A stretch of 64,000 nucleotides of DNA. It comes from Podarcis liolepis (lineage: Eukaryota). Below the pieces are notes generated by a model. The model was not told where the DNA came from. It was given only the letters and a program-made list of their open reading frames with translations, and made no database searches. The position numbers and the translations under genes are program-made. The stretch's first letter is position 1. Each line of letters begins with the position of its first letter. The stretch lies in assembly GCA_965112155.1 (NCBI GenBank), contig OZ218103.1. One strand, 5' to 3'. Shown here in pieces: positions 24,551-36,654 of this stretch.

Positions 24551-27292
24551 TGGCAGGCCTGAAACAGATATGTTCTCCCAAGCCCACATTCCCAGCAGGT
24601 TCACATTAATGTCTCAGTGAGACCTAGGCTGGCCTGGACATGTCCACAGAATGGAAGATGGCAGGATTCCAAAGGATGTGTTTTATGGAGAGCTGGCTTC
24701 AGGCACCAGGCCTGTACGCAGACCAACTCTGCATAACAAATCTGTCTGCAAATGTGATAAGAAGGCTGGCAACGTTAACCCTACCATGTGGGAATCCCTT
24801 GTAGACAACCATAGTGCCTAGAGATAAGCAGTCAAATTGTGTATCCACAGCAGTGAACAGAGGAGGAAGGACCACTGGAAGGAGTGAAGAGAGAAGAAAC
24901 ACCATGGTGCATCTGCAGAAGCACAACTGGATGCCTTCATCTGCCCCAGCTCCAAAGGTGAAGTCAGACGGATCCAAACATTTCCTAATCTAATGCATTT
25001 TTATGCATTATATGTACCAATATATGAATTTTTACACACAGTTTCCCCTAATAGATGCAAAGTTCAGACAAAGGTGACTTTTGAAGGATACTGTATTTGC
25101 ATTTTAGTCCATCTTTTTTATCAAGGGGGGGGGGGGATAAGCAGATTTGAACCAAACTAGATTTGTCTCCCAACCCTAGTTCAATTCCCCAGTAATCTAT
25201 GAACTTTGCCTGTTTCAACATCACTATGATTATTTCATTTGAAAATAAGAAAAACAATATATAACCAAAACATAAGAAAACTGGGCTATGATTCTAGGCC
25301 AGCTCTACTAGTAGAAACATCCAATCTTTTCGCTTTCCCGTATCTAATGCAGTGGTTTTCAGTTCAGGATATAATCGATGAGGGATGCAATTTTATTCCT
25401 GAGACAGTAGGGTTAATAATGCTTGGCATGCAAGCCACACCATGGAAGCTTCTGAGTTTCTGTTGAGGAGAAGTGCCTGGGGTCTTTTGAAAAGGCAAAC
25501 TGGTTTATCTGATCTTGCACCTGTATGCCAGCTGGAATCACTTTGAAAGCAGTATTGAGCTACCATCTGAAGGGAAGAAAGAGATGGGGAGGTGGGGGGG
25601 TCTGGAAACTGCTCAGCCTCTTCTGTTTGATCTCTCTCATTTCTTGAAGAAGATTGTTTGTGTAAAACATTAAGCACGAGTTGAGGTAATAAAAGTGGGC
25701 AAAGGGTGGTTCTATCAGGAGAGTTTTCTTAAAAGCAACTGACTTGTGTGCCACAGACAAAAACGAGACGCAACAAAATTAAAACTGAAACTGCAGGCAT
25801 GAGTTGTTGCATAAATCTGTGGTGGGGAAGAGGCCCATGGCAGGTAACAAAAAACAGTTCAGTATTCTCATCAGGAATATAGGAGCTGATTCTCCAACTA
25901 CACAAGCTGCACAGATTATTATTCATTTCCACATGGTCTACATGGACCAATCAGAGGGAAGTCTGTGTTTGGAAACAGAGCAGCATGAAGTGACAGAGTC
26001 CTGAGATGGTAGAGAAGAGAGTAACTTCATTGGCGGTGGTCACTACTTTTGAACACTTTCCTGACTTAAACAACAGCCTTCTCTCCCCACCGTGCTTCTT
26101 TTCTACTTGCAGAAACAATATTTTAATATATAATCTCTAGAAAGCATTCAGAAATGTGATCCCCCACCAGCTATGTTAGCTGTTGTTAAATCCAGTGCAA
26201 ATAGATTGCTTTTTGTAAAGAGACATTAAACATTTAACATCATGAATAGGAGGGTTTAGCAGATCTCAAGAGGGAAGGAAAATGTGATTGTAGAGTAAAC
26301 CTTGGAAATGCCTTGTAATGCTGCTGGACTCCTTTCAGCCTGTAATCCTTGATCGATGACATCTGGTAAAGTGCCTTATCATCACAGCATCTCTTTATTG
26401 ACTCAGACAGCCAATTCCAATACATAGGATAATGCCTGTACCTAAATATAGAAAGCCTGATGCAAAGCAACATTCAACTGATTTGACAGGAATGTTGTTC
26501 AACACACATATCAACAACTTTGTTTCCTGGGCTGTCAGAAACAATTTTCAAATATGTAGCATACATTCAAGGGGTTTTTACGCTGTCTAGACTTGCTTGC
26601 ACCATGGTATCACAGGCTTAAGCAGTTGGAGCTGACAGCAGGCTAGTCTTCCATCTGCAGCTGTGGAACAGGACTGAGCATTTGGGGGTAGGATCCAGAT
26701 TCCAAACCTGCTTGAAAAATGGTTGCAGAAAGGCACAGACCTACTCTGAAATCTTGGGGTGTTTGTACAAAGCTACAGTGGCTGGTCTGTAGCTGCATGA
26801 TTAAATGAGGACTGGGTAGGTAAGTAAATCAAGAGGTGGTGCGAAATTCTAAAGCATTCCAGGCTTTTCACTAGATTCTGTAGGTTTGGTAAAATTGTTC
26901 CCACCTCAAGTTCACTTAAGTATCCAAAACAAATTTGACTTAGGCTCTGGATAGCACTAATTCCCCACCCCCAAGACTCTTACACCTTGATAAGTGATTG
27001 TGATATCAAGGCCATGCAACTATGCGCTAGAACCTTGGAAACCCTAGAAGCTCAAGCTGTGTTCTCCTAACCATGTGCATAGTGCCTTTCTCCCCCAAAG
27101 ATCATAAGTAGGGCCAGAGGCATTAAGGAGAAGAGTACTGTCTCAGACAAGTATCTTATCTAGGCCCAACATAATGTGGTTACTTGATGGACACTTTTTA
27201 ATAACTGAGCCATAATTGGAAATTAAAATAAGGCCACAACCCTAAGCATGCTTACTTGAAAGTTAACTCTATCAAAATCAATATAGGAAATA

Positions 27293-27658
27293 AAAAAGGT
27301 AAAGTTAAAGGACCCCTGACAGTTAAGTCTATTGGCGGACGACTCTGGGGTTGTGGTGCTCATCTCGCTTTACCAGCCGAGGGAGCCAGCTTTTGTCTGC
27401 AGACAGTTTTTCTGGGTCATGTGGCCAGCATGACTAAGCCGCTTCTGGTGAAACCAGAGCAGTGCATGGAAACGCCATTTACCTTCCCGCCGGAGCAGTA
27501 CCTATTTATCTACTTGCACTTTTTGGAGTGCTTTTGAACTGCTAGGTTAGCAGGAGCTGAGACAGAGGAACGGGAGCTCACCCCATCGCAGGGATTTGAA
27601 CCGCTGACCTTCTGATCAGCAAGCCCAAGAGGCTCAGTGGTTCAGACCAGAGCGCCAC
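27293..27658 (-). mobile_element. Sauria SINE (Squam1)
   Basis: AAAGGTAAAGTTAAAGGACCCCTGAC tail on the + strand; homologous to 34905 and 43852; TSD TATAGGAAATA (27282-27292, 27659-27669). Confidence 0.9.
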
Positions 27659-28155
27659 TATAGGAAATACTTCAGTGGAAATAAGGGCAGGCACATTAAT
27701 GTGAAATATACCATAATTGTTAGTTATAAGTCTGATATGTGACACAAATTTCTCTCAGTCCAGAAGTGCACTTTGTCCCTTCTGTGCCTCCCTAAATGTG
27801 TTTCTCTGGTGCCCCCATGCTGAGGATCTGAACTTGGAAAAGTACTGTTAATCCCAGTTTTCTTGATGCTGTATGGAAGTAGCTGTGCTCTTAAGAAATG
27901 TGCAGTTTGGATCTACGTATTAGATCCACACTGGTGTAACACTAGCTATACCAGGAATTATAAAACTTTTCCAAATATACTTTTGGGTAAAAAGAGCTAG
28001 TAAGATTCATAGGAAAAGGAAAAAAAATCACAGTATTTGCACAATAGGCTTGTCAATTTGCAATAGGGAACATCCATATGTCTGAAAAAATATTTTAACA
28101 TATAATGGGTTGATACTGCAAACTGTTCAAAGCAGAGTAGTCTTTCAGCATAATA

Positions 28156-28310
28156 NNNNNNNNNNNNNNNNNNNNNNNNNNNNNNNNNNNNNNNNNNNNN
28201 NNNNNNNNNNNNNNNNNNNNNNNNNNNNNNNNNNNNNNNNNNNNNNNNNNNNNNNNNNNNNNNNNNNNNNNNNNNNNNNNNNNNNNNNNNNNNNNNNNNN
28301 NNNNNNNNNN
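28156..28310. other. Assembly gap (155 N)
   Basis: Run of n. Confidence 1.
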
Positions 28311-28859
28311 TGGGAGTCTTTTTTCACTGTTTCATCTTCTTTTTCTTCTCTCCCCCTCCCCCCGCCCCTGCAAAGGTCAGCTAATGCAGCTGGGAATACT
28401 TAGAGTATGGAAGATATATCACTGCTGTGAAAAAATGCCATATATTCACATACCTAGCTGGAATTACTGGAACTTCGGTTGTTGCTGTGGCATCTGTCCA
28501 TCTCAAGGGACAATGGAGTATGCCTCTGTTCTGAAGCAATGGGAGATGAGAGATGCTTTCTCTTCCTTGCCCTGCCATCCACCAGCTTGCTTGAAGATCA
28601 CTTGAAGTCCTTTTCATTTCAACAAATAGCCAAAGAAGCAATCCAACTGCTTTGAGACAGGAGATCCAACTGCACTGGGGGAATATAGTTACACAAGTGG
28701 TACCTGCAACAAAATCCCAGCCAACATGGCCAATGGTCAGCAATGGCTGTAGCTGTAGTCCAGGGACATATGGAGAACCACAGGTTCCCCATCCTTGCCT
28801 TAGGTAAAGATGGTAAATGACAGACTGAATCTCTCTAGGATTTCTACCCACATTTAATA

Positions 28860-29110
28860 GCTGGGAGGAGGAAATTTAAAGCTTTCACTTTTTCTTTTGT
28901 TTAACCACAGCTTCCCATGTCATCTGGAGTCAGAACTGTGGATAACCTCAATTAGGTTAAACAAGCCAGCTTCAATAACAATAGTTTGAATTTGGCTTGT
29001 TAAAAACTAACCATGGTTAATGTTGGCCACAGTTTGTCAATCCTGATGACACAGCAAACTGTGGTTAAGCAAAAGCAGAAGCTTTTGAACTCCTTCCAGT
29101 CATGCAAGAG
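28860..29110. mobile_element. Old, degenerate palindromic MITE
   Basis: Long imperfect inverted repeat centred near 28980 (TTAACCACAG / CTGTGGTTAA; AACAAGCCA / TGGCTTGTT). Confidence 0.5.
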
Positions 29111-30684
29111 AAGCAAAGGGAAAGTGCATTAGGTCAAGGCTTGACAAATTCATTCTTGCTTGTTCAATTTGCACTAAACTATAGGTTGGCATAGCATACA
29201 AAGGCAGCCAGTATATTATCGATATTCTACCATTTTAGATGCAGCACCTTGTAAAAGAGAAGCAACATTTCTTGTATTTCTATCTGAACCCTTCACAGGA
29301 AGGTGACTATTCTCAATCCACTTGGATAATACGTTATTTGCTATACTAACAATAGGCTAACAAATTATTTGAGAAGTCAAAGAAAGGTCACAATATGCTT
29401 TCATTACAGAAAATATCAATTTTTGGATCCCTTTTAAAAACATGGATCCCTTTGCTTGTAGTTTTTATGGGGCTCCCTTGCTTTCCAGAGCAAATGAACA
29501 GAACGTTTTGATGTTCCTAATCAGAATACAGGGTCACAGTCCAATGTTGGACATAGTTACTAATTTGACTCGCTGAATTCCTTGGTCTTTCCTTGTTATT
29601 AAAATTTGCACACTTGTCAGCGTGACACCTAGCAAGCTTCGCAACTCTGCTGGGATCATGTGATTTTCCTTGATAACCATTACAAGACAGAGTAGATGGA
29701 ACAAGTCACACCAATTACTCTTCCTGACTTTAAAGTGTCCCAAATTTATGAGTAGCTGTCAGACACTATGGTTCAATTTTTCATACTGGAAAAAAGGGAT
29801 AAACTCTTTTCCTTTTATATATGTGATGTCCATCAATCACGTGCCTATCTTTGGAAACCCCATCCTGCCCCCTATTTTAATTTCAATTTTTGCCTCCACA
29901 CCCAACCTAAAACAAACTGCTGTATCTATATATACTAAATATATAGTTAACCACCTACCAGTTGTCATGAAGGACCTTTCACATGCAAATAACGCAATAA
30001 AATATATTAGACTTATGTAGGTTGTTGCTAGGCAATCACTCATGTAACATGTTCTGGTAGTCAAAGGAAACTATGTGTTTCAAAACCATTTTTAAAAAGA
30101 TAAATAACAGGGGGAAAGAAAACCTTCTGCTGGTTGAAACCAGCTGTAGATCTTTTAAAAGTACCAGGAAAATAACAAAGCCTTCTGCCAACTTTTAAAG
30201 GTGAGCTGAAATGCGTAAAAATGGAGAAAGGAATGGAGAAAGCCTCAGAGTAATGCAATGCTATACATACTTACCTGGAAGTAACTTCCACTGAGTTCTG
30301 CAGGGCATACTTCTGAGAAGACTTGTGCCACATTGCACCATAAGAGGCTCAGTACAGCAGGATATTGAATCTTGACTGACTTCCAGTGTGATGGTGTAAC
30401 CCCCAAGCACTGCAAGACAGTTTACCATCAAAGCAACATTTCTGAATTAAAGATGGAGCAAGTTCAATATCTGCAATATTCAGGGCCTTAAACATTAGCA
30501 ATCCTGTATAAAATTGTTGTATTAAAATAACATATATTAGTTTCCCTGCAAATTAATTCTATGCATTAAAAAGCATACTTGCACTTGAATCTAAAAATTC
30601 AATGAAGAAACTGTTATCTTTGCAGTGGAGACTATTTCACTAGGGCCACTGGGGCACAGGCCACCCAAGCAGAATGCCGACAAC

Positions 30685-30689
<5 letters not shown>

Positions 30690-30726
<37 letters not shown>

Positions 30727-30815
30727 ATAGCTGTCAACGTTTCCCCCTTTTTAAAGGGAAATTCCCTTATTCTGAATAGGATTCCTCGCAAGAAAAGGGA
30801 AAAGTTGACAGCTAT

Positions 30816-30856
<41 letters not shown>
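30690..30856. repeat. (CA)n microsatellite split by a MITE
   Basis: CA runs at 30690-30725 and 30817-30856. Confidence 0.95.
30726..30816. mobile_element. 91-bp hAT mini-MITE (TIR CATAGCTGTCAAC)
   Basis: TIRs CATAGCTGTCAAC / GTTGACAGCTATG; near-identical to 55106-55194, which has an 8-bp TSD. Confidence 0.85.
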
Positions 30857-30859
<3 letters not shown>

Positions 30860-31288
30860 GGTCCCACATACATTTTATACTTCCATTAATTTACAGATGC
30901 TTCTGGGAGCATTTCTGTCAGTCTCCTGTTCTCTGGCCCATCAGTTCTCTGCATCACTTAGCCAATCCTAATCCAAATGTATTGTGTCATAAAGCGCTCC
31001 CTCTTGTGGACTCTATTTGTACCTGGACTACCAGGGTTTTTTGTTTTTTTCTAGCTCTGCTTCTCCCTCTTTCCTCTTGTTAGGAGAGTAATCTATATTC
31101 TCTACCTTGATTATGATGACTTTGGCGTGATGTACTCTGCGTATGATTAGAGGATATTGCTTCACATTTTCAGAACTGAGGCATGCATTGCAAATATGAT
31201 CTGCTGTGCTCTGCTGCACCCTGGCTGAAGTCAGTTGGTTGGAAAATATCATCTTGCATGCACCCATTCTTAAGGATGGTCCAGATTG

Positions 31289-31660
31289 GGGCTGCAACCC
31301 TAACTCACCTGGGAGTAAGTCTCATTGAATTCAATAGGACTTACTTTTGAGTAGGCATGGTTAGGATTGCACTGCTAGATATGCACTGAAATAAATGAAG
31401 CAATGTAAATGTAAATAATGTAAATAATGTAAACAAATGAAGAAATGTGCATGCACACGAAAGCTTATACCAATAACAAACTTAGTTGGTCTCTAAGGTG
31501 CTACTGGACATTTTTTAAAAAATATACATTTCAGCTGCATCAGACCAACACCTACCTGAATCTAGGTTGAAATTGTAAGCATGTCTACTCAGAAGTAAGT
31601 CCTGTTGAATTTGGTGCAACTTACTCCTCCCAGGTAAGTGGGGTTAGGATTGCAGCCTTA
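31289..31660. mobile_element. Two copies of a roughly 85-bp palindromic MITE (31289-31375 and 31577-31658)
   Basis: GAGTAAGTCTCATTGAATTCAATAGGACTTACTT and GAAGTAAGTCCTGTTGAATTTGGTGCAACTTACTC hairpin cores with AGGATTGCA ends; relatives near 15782, 30257 and 43007. Confidence 0.55.
31438..31563 (+). mobile_element. Penelope-like element terminal fragment with truncated hammerhead
   Basis: TGAAGAAATGTGCATGCACACGAAAGCTTATACC...TTAGTTGGTCTCTAAGGTGCTACTGG...AGACCAACAC; homologous to 43651 and 57130. Confidence 0.75.
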
Positions 31661-32957
31661 GCCAATACTAACTTAAACTCCATTGATCTTAATATACCTA
31701 CTCTAAGCATGTCTAGGTTTGAATCTAACCCATAGCCTGGTCACATTATGATAAAGCAATATATTTGTGTTGTAATTCTTTAGATGACTAATTATTTTCA
31801 TATCACTAGAAATGCATATAGTTCACCTCACCACAGCCATATATAGCAGATCTCTGTTTTCCCAGAGAGGTAACAGAGGCTAACAAGAGCTTGCTAAAGG
31901 TCACCCACTGCATTCATGGCTGAGCTCTGTGCACCCAGATTTTCCTGCTCTACAGCCAGTAATATATCTTACATTAGGTCACTCTGGCTGTATTAACCTT
32001 CATGGAGGTTGCACCAGGAGAATCTAAGGCTAGCTTCAGCTTGCCAGCTTGTTTACCACTTGCAGAATACTTTCAGCCCCATGTGTCAGAGATGCTAATT
32101 TGAAATGGCGGCACTGTCTAAAAGCCCCTGTTAATATTCATGCTCCGTGCAGAATATCAGCTGTGCCCACCTCTTCTCTATAGCACCAAAGTGCCTTGAC
32201 AGTTAATGAGCTAGGCACAGGCTCTAAACCAGCAAGTTGTAACTGAATAAATATGATAAACAACCTGTTTCCAGATGGCTTTTTATGTAAAACAGTTTAT
32301 ACAGCATTGATAGATGGCAAGTTTTGTGCCAATAAATCCTTGTATTTTTAAAACATTTGCCTTCTTAATTGGCCAGTTTACACATAAAATATGTTTATGT
32401 GCATTGCTTTAAGTCGAAATGTGACATGGCGATGTCTTCGGAGTAAGCAGGCATCTCATATATCACAGACCATCTGTCATAGTTCACCGATACAGTGGGA
32501 TGCAAGGGGAACCATCTCTTGCGGAATGCGTTATGTAGGGAAGGGAGCTGCGATAAAATACTGCATGGCTATTTATTAGGACCAAATATGCAGATTTCAC
32601 AGCTCTTGGGAATTACTGATCCACATGTGGTGGGAAAGTGATAGAAAACTTAAGTGAGCTAGGTTTATTTATTTAATTAATGTAAAGCTTTGAACATGTT
32701 GAAATGAAGGGGGGAAATCTTATAAGCTTAATGCTGTGTAATAAATACAAATGAAAGTTAGAACATTTACACACTTTTCCCCAATAGAGTTCTTTCCATC
32801 TCAGAGAAACTCAGACTCAGGTCCATTTTCTTTCCAAAGCATAACAAATGGCCAATGTCTCGTTTTAAAAGTAATGGCAGATAATCTACTGTCCTTTGAG
32901 ATATATATTCCATTCCCAATCCAACCACCCAGCTACGTCCATATCTGATGCTGTATT

Positions 32958-33097
32958 TAAGAGCATAAGAAGAGCCTGCTGGATAAGTTCAATGGATCAT
33001 CAAGTCTAGCATCCTGTTTTCACATGCCTAGGTGAAAGCCCAAAACCAGGACCTGCGCGCAACATCGCTCTTTCCTTCTGTGACTCCCAGCAGCAGG
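32958..33097 (-). mobile_element. CR1-type 3' tail remnant
   Basis: CATAAGAAGAGCCTGCTGGAT...TCTAGCATCCTGTT is the reverse complement of the tail type at 5200-5262. Confidence 0.55.
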
Positions 33098-34282
33098 AAA
33101 CATACAGCCAGTTATGTAATTCTCCCACAATGGACCATGAGGCGAATAGTGTGATTTTTGGCAGAAGATGAACTGCAGCAGAACAGAAACAGTACTGCAT
33201 GTGGCAAATACAGGGCAGAAGACTAAAGAAGTCTCAGCTCCCTAGCCGTCACCAGACGGAAAGGCTGAATTTAGAGATGCAACAATGAGCATCCAATAGG
33301 GGGCTTCCAGAAAGAGTTGTGGGGTAATGGCAAAAGCACACATAATTCAGGGTCCAAAAGAAGTTATAGTATTAGGAAACGAGAAACACCCCCACCAAGA
33401 TGTCTTCTGAAAGGGAATTTCAGAGGAGCGAAAGGAGAAGTGGTGTCAGGATTACTTTCTGAAAAGAGGGTAATATACTCTGGATGGAAGTTATTGGTGC
33501 TAACCACTCAGGGCTTTTTAATATTGCAATTTAATGAGTAGCATGGTGTTTTCATGATTGGATTAGGGGAAATGGATCTAGCACGCCCAAGAGTTTCATT
33601 GCCTAAGACACTTATAGGTTCGGACACCCCCTTTTTCCATTGCAGAGAAGGTTAGATGGTTGTCTGGTCAGTCCTGCATCTGAGCCTTTATTCACCAGTC
33701 CTTGCCAGCTTAGCCATAGACTTTGGCAGCTCCTGAGAAACAAAATGTAGGTAAACTGGGGAAAGTTCATTTTCCATCATCCCTTTATTATTTCCTCCTT
33801 TAAAGGGTAGTTTATAAGCTGTCATTATCTTAATCACATTTAGAATTTCCCTCTCAAAAGCTCTACTTCTATCATAAGCTATCTACTTGTGTTTTCACCC
33901 CACCTCATTTTTCCAACAACATCCGTTGCTTGATCTCACAGTTCTCTTTTGTCTCAAAGGAGTGATATTCCAGTTTGAAAGTCTACTATAATGAGCTTCT
34001 TTAGCTTTTAGAGTTACACATGAGGAACCAAGGAAGTCCATTATACCATATAACACTCCAATAGTCTTCCTTCTCCCATCAGGGATAATACCTCCTTGAC
34101 AGATGTTCTCTTTTGATTTTTTTAAAAAATGCTATACATTCTGAAAGCTCCCAATATCAGTACTTCAAAATTTAATTTATCTTTTAAATTATTGTTGTGC
34201 CATTCAGATGCAGCACAAAGACTGAGTCGAAAAAACTTCTATAAAAATAATTGTGGTAAATTTATCCAGTTGTGCACCTCCA

Positions 34283-34657
34283 TACTACTACTACTACTAC
34301 TACTAATAATAATAATAATAATTTATTATTTATACCTCGCCCATCTGGCTGGGTTTCCCCAGCCACTCTGGGCAGCTCCCAACAGAATATTAAAAACACC
34401 ATAAAATATCAAACATTAAAAACTTCTCTAAACAGGGCTGCCTTCAGATGTCTCCTAAAAGTCAAATAGTTGTTTATTTCCTTGACATCTGGTGGGAGGG
34501 CGTTCCACAGGGCGGGTGCCACTACCGAGAAGGCCCTCTGCCTGGTTCCCTGTAACCTCACTTCTCACAGGGAGGGAACCGCCAGAAGGCCCTCAGAGCT
34601 GGACCTTAGTGTCCAGGCTGAATGATGGAGGTGGAGACGCTCCTTCAGGTATACTGA
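34283..34657 (-). mobile_element. L2-clade LINE 3' end with (TAG)n/(TAT)n tail
   Basis: Reverse complement of about 19000-19330 (shared GAGAAGGCCCTCTGCCTGGTT and CGCCCATCTGGCTGGG). Confidence 0.85.
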
Positions 34658-34904
34658 AAGAGTCATTAAGAAGCCATTTTAACTACATCTATAACTCTTA
34701 TCTCCTTCAGCTTCCCTTGCCTCCCAAAGCCTCACCTCAAAATACTGAGGCAAAAGCAGATGTTGAGGGACATAACCTTTCCCTTGTTTTTGCTGTAATT
34801 CCAGCTACGGTGTTCCCCACTCTAGGGTTCCTCTGACACTGCTTTCTCTTCTCTCTGGCTGTGTGGTCAATCAGGATTTATGAGAAGAGTAAGATAACAT
34901 CAGA

Positions 34905-35259
34905 GGGATGCGGGTGGCTCTGTGAGTTAAACCACAGAGCCTAGGACTTGCCGATCAGAAGGTCGGCGGTTTGATTCCCCGTGACGGGGTGAGCTCCCAT
35001 TTCTCGGTCCCTGCTCTTGCCCACCTAGCAGTTCGAAAGCATGTCAATGTGCAAGTAGATAAATAGGTACCGCTCTGGCGGGAAGGTAAACGGTGTTTCC
35101 GTGCGCTGCTCTGGTTCGCCAGAAGTGGCTTAGTCATGCTGGCCACATGACCCGGAAGCTGTATGCCGGCTTCCTCAGCCAATAAAGCGAGATGAGCGCT
35201 GCAACCACAGAGTCGGTCACAACTGGACCTAATGGTCAGGGGTCCCTTTACTTTACCTT
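34905..35259 (+). mobile_element. Full-length Sauria SINE (Squam1)
   Basis: GGGATGCGGGTGGCTCTGTGAGTTAAACC head and CCCTTTACTTTACCTT tail; 14-bp TSD TAAGATAACATCAG (34890-34903, 35260-35273). Confidence 0.93.
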
Positions 35260-35405
35260 TAAGATAACATCAGGCCACTTTATAGCCCATCAATGTTGGC
35301 CATGTTGAATTATCACTGCAGGTACAGATTTAGCTTTGCAGAATCATCATTAAAGGCAAATGAATCATCATTGCTCTTACCGTGAGAAAGAAAATGGATA
35401 CTCAT

Positions 35406-35823
35406 ATTGCCCAGGCAACCAGGTGACAGTTGCTGCTTGTAGTCTCATGTCCTATCCTTGCAGTGCAGGTCCGGGAGAAAGAGAATGCCACTCAGTTGTA
35501 AATGTGGGTTCCCTATGTTCTGGCACTGCCTGACTTGAACGCAGCCAATGAAACTTTCACAGTGAAGTATGAGGAAAAGGAGAACATATCCCTGAATTAT
35601 CTCAGCAACTTTCTCAGGCTTGTTCTGCTGTGGCGACTTCATTCTATGATGTCTATCCCCATAGCACATCATGGGAAGACATCAAACGTTCAGTTGTCTA
35701 GGCAACGTGAGGACATGTTCTCAATCTTCTGGTGTTGCTCTTTGAGAGCAGCCAATGATACTGCTACAGTGCGGTACAGCGAAACAAGGAGCACGTCCTC
35801 ACATTGCCTAGGCAACCAGGTGA
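35406..35823. promoter_or_regulatory. Cluster of three RFX X-box-like palindromes, two of them fused to a CAGGTG E-box
   Basis: ATTGCCCAGGCAACCAGGTGA (35406-35426), GTTGTCTAGGCAAC (35693-35706), ATTGCCTAGGCAACCAGGTGA (35803-35823). Confidence 0.45.
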
Positions 35824-36270
35824 TTCTCCTTCTCTTCTTATGCTGCACGGTGGTGGTTTCATTGCCCACTCTGGCTGTGCAGCACTATAAAACAGGAAGC
35901 ATCACACAGCTGCCTAAGCAATACAACGGCGCACTCTGCTCCCCTATTCCCACACAGTGAGTGAACACTGGCTTTGAACTTCCTTGAAACATCGCTTAGA
36001 GTGTTAAAACATTGCTTAAACCTCATTTAAAAGGGTATGGAAATTCAGTTTTGTACCTTTGTGCCTTGGTGTTTTGTTTTCAGAGGCAGTTCTTTTGTTG
36101 ATGTTTAACACACTTTGGCTCCTTTGAAAGAGCAGCCACTGAGCTGGGTTTCAGCACAGCCCATTTTATCAATTCCAATAATACAGCCAGGTTTCTATAT
36201 ATGCAGTGCTGATCATATCTCCAGATATGCTTGACTTGATGTTCCACCAGCACGAGACAGAGGTGGAAGG

Positions 36271-36643
36271 TGTTATGTACTGAGTTGAATAGGATCCAAA
36301 ATGCAGCAATCTGATTGATCCTAGAACAATAGGATTCAGAATGGAGCAGTCTGATTGGTCCTAGAACCAATAGGATCCAGAATGCAGCAGTCTGATTGGT
36401 CCACCAGAGCCACCCAATCCAGCTCCAGGTGGAAGTGAATCCACGACCTGATTGGCCTACAGGAGAATCCCGGAATTAGCCAATCACGTGGGGCCCATTG
36501 TGTAAATAATGTATATAAAGCAGACATTCTGGGGGAACTTCCATTCCTCCTCACCACTATGAGCTGAATAAAGAGCATGAAATCTACTCTCGACTTGTCA
36601 CTGGTGACGAAGGTGGGATTCGAACCCACACGTGCATATTTCA
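36271..36643 (+). mobile_element. LTR (Gypsy-like) with a tRNA-Ser-complementary segment at its 3' end
   Basis: Starts TGTTATG; three tandem units of about 40 bp containing CTGATTG(G/A); CCAATCACGTG; TATATAAA (36512-36519); AATAAA (36567-36572); CA at 36599-36600, then TGGTGACGAAGGTGGGATTCGAACCC. No clear TSD. Confidence 0.8.
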
Positions 36644-36654
36644 GAAACCATGCT

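Larger units (their letters stand above)
23445..24950 (+). mobile_element. RTE-clade LINE ORF2 C-terminal remnant carrying three nested insertions
   Basis: Segments translate FVYLRSTITSNCSIDAELGK|HIGK, RVWEDVMLTTN|KMKVY, LGIT|WQ and WPGHVHRMEDGRIPKDVFYGELASGTRP, as expected downstream of the RT domain in RTE elements. Confidence 0.85.

Noticed and set aside
30267-30278. ATACTTACCTGG, identical to the U1 snRNA 5' end
   Set aside because: The match stops after about 12 nt and lies in a palindromic MITE relative; there is no U1 body.
36602-36636. Possible tRNA-Ser gene on the minus strand
   Set aside because: Only the 3' 35 nt are present and they include CCA, which indicates a reverse-transcribed copy rather than a gene.
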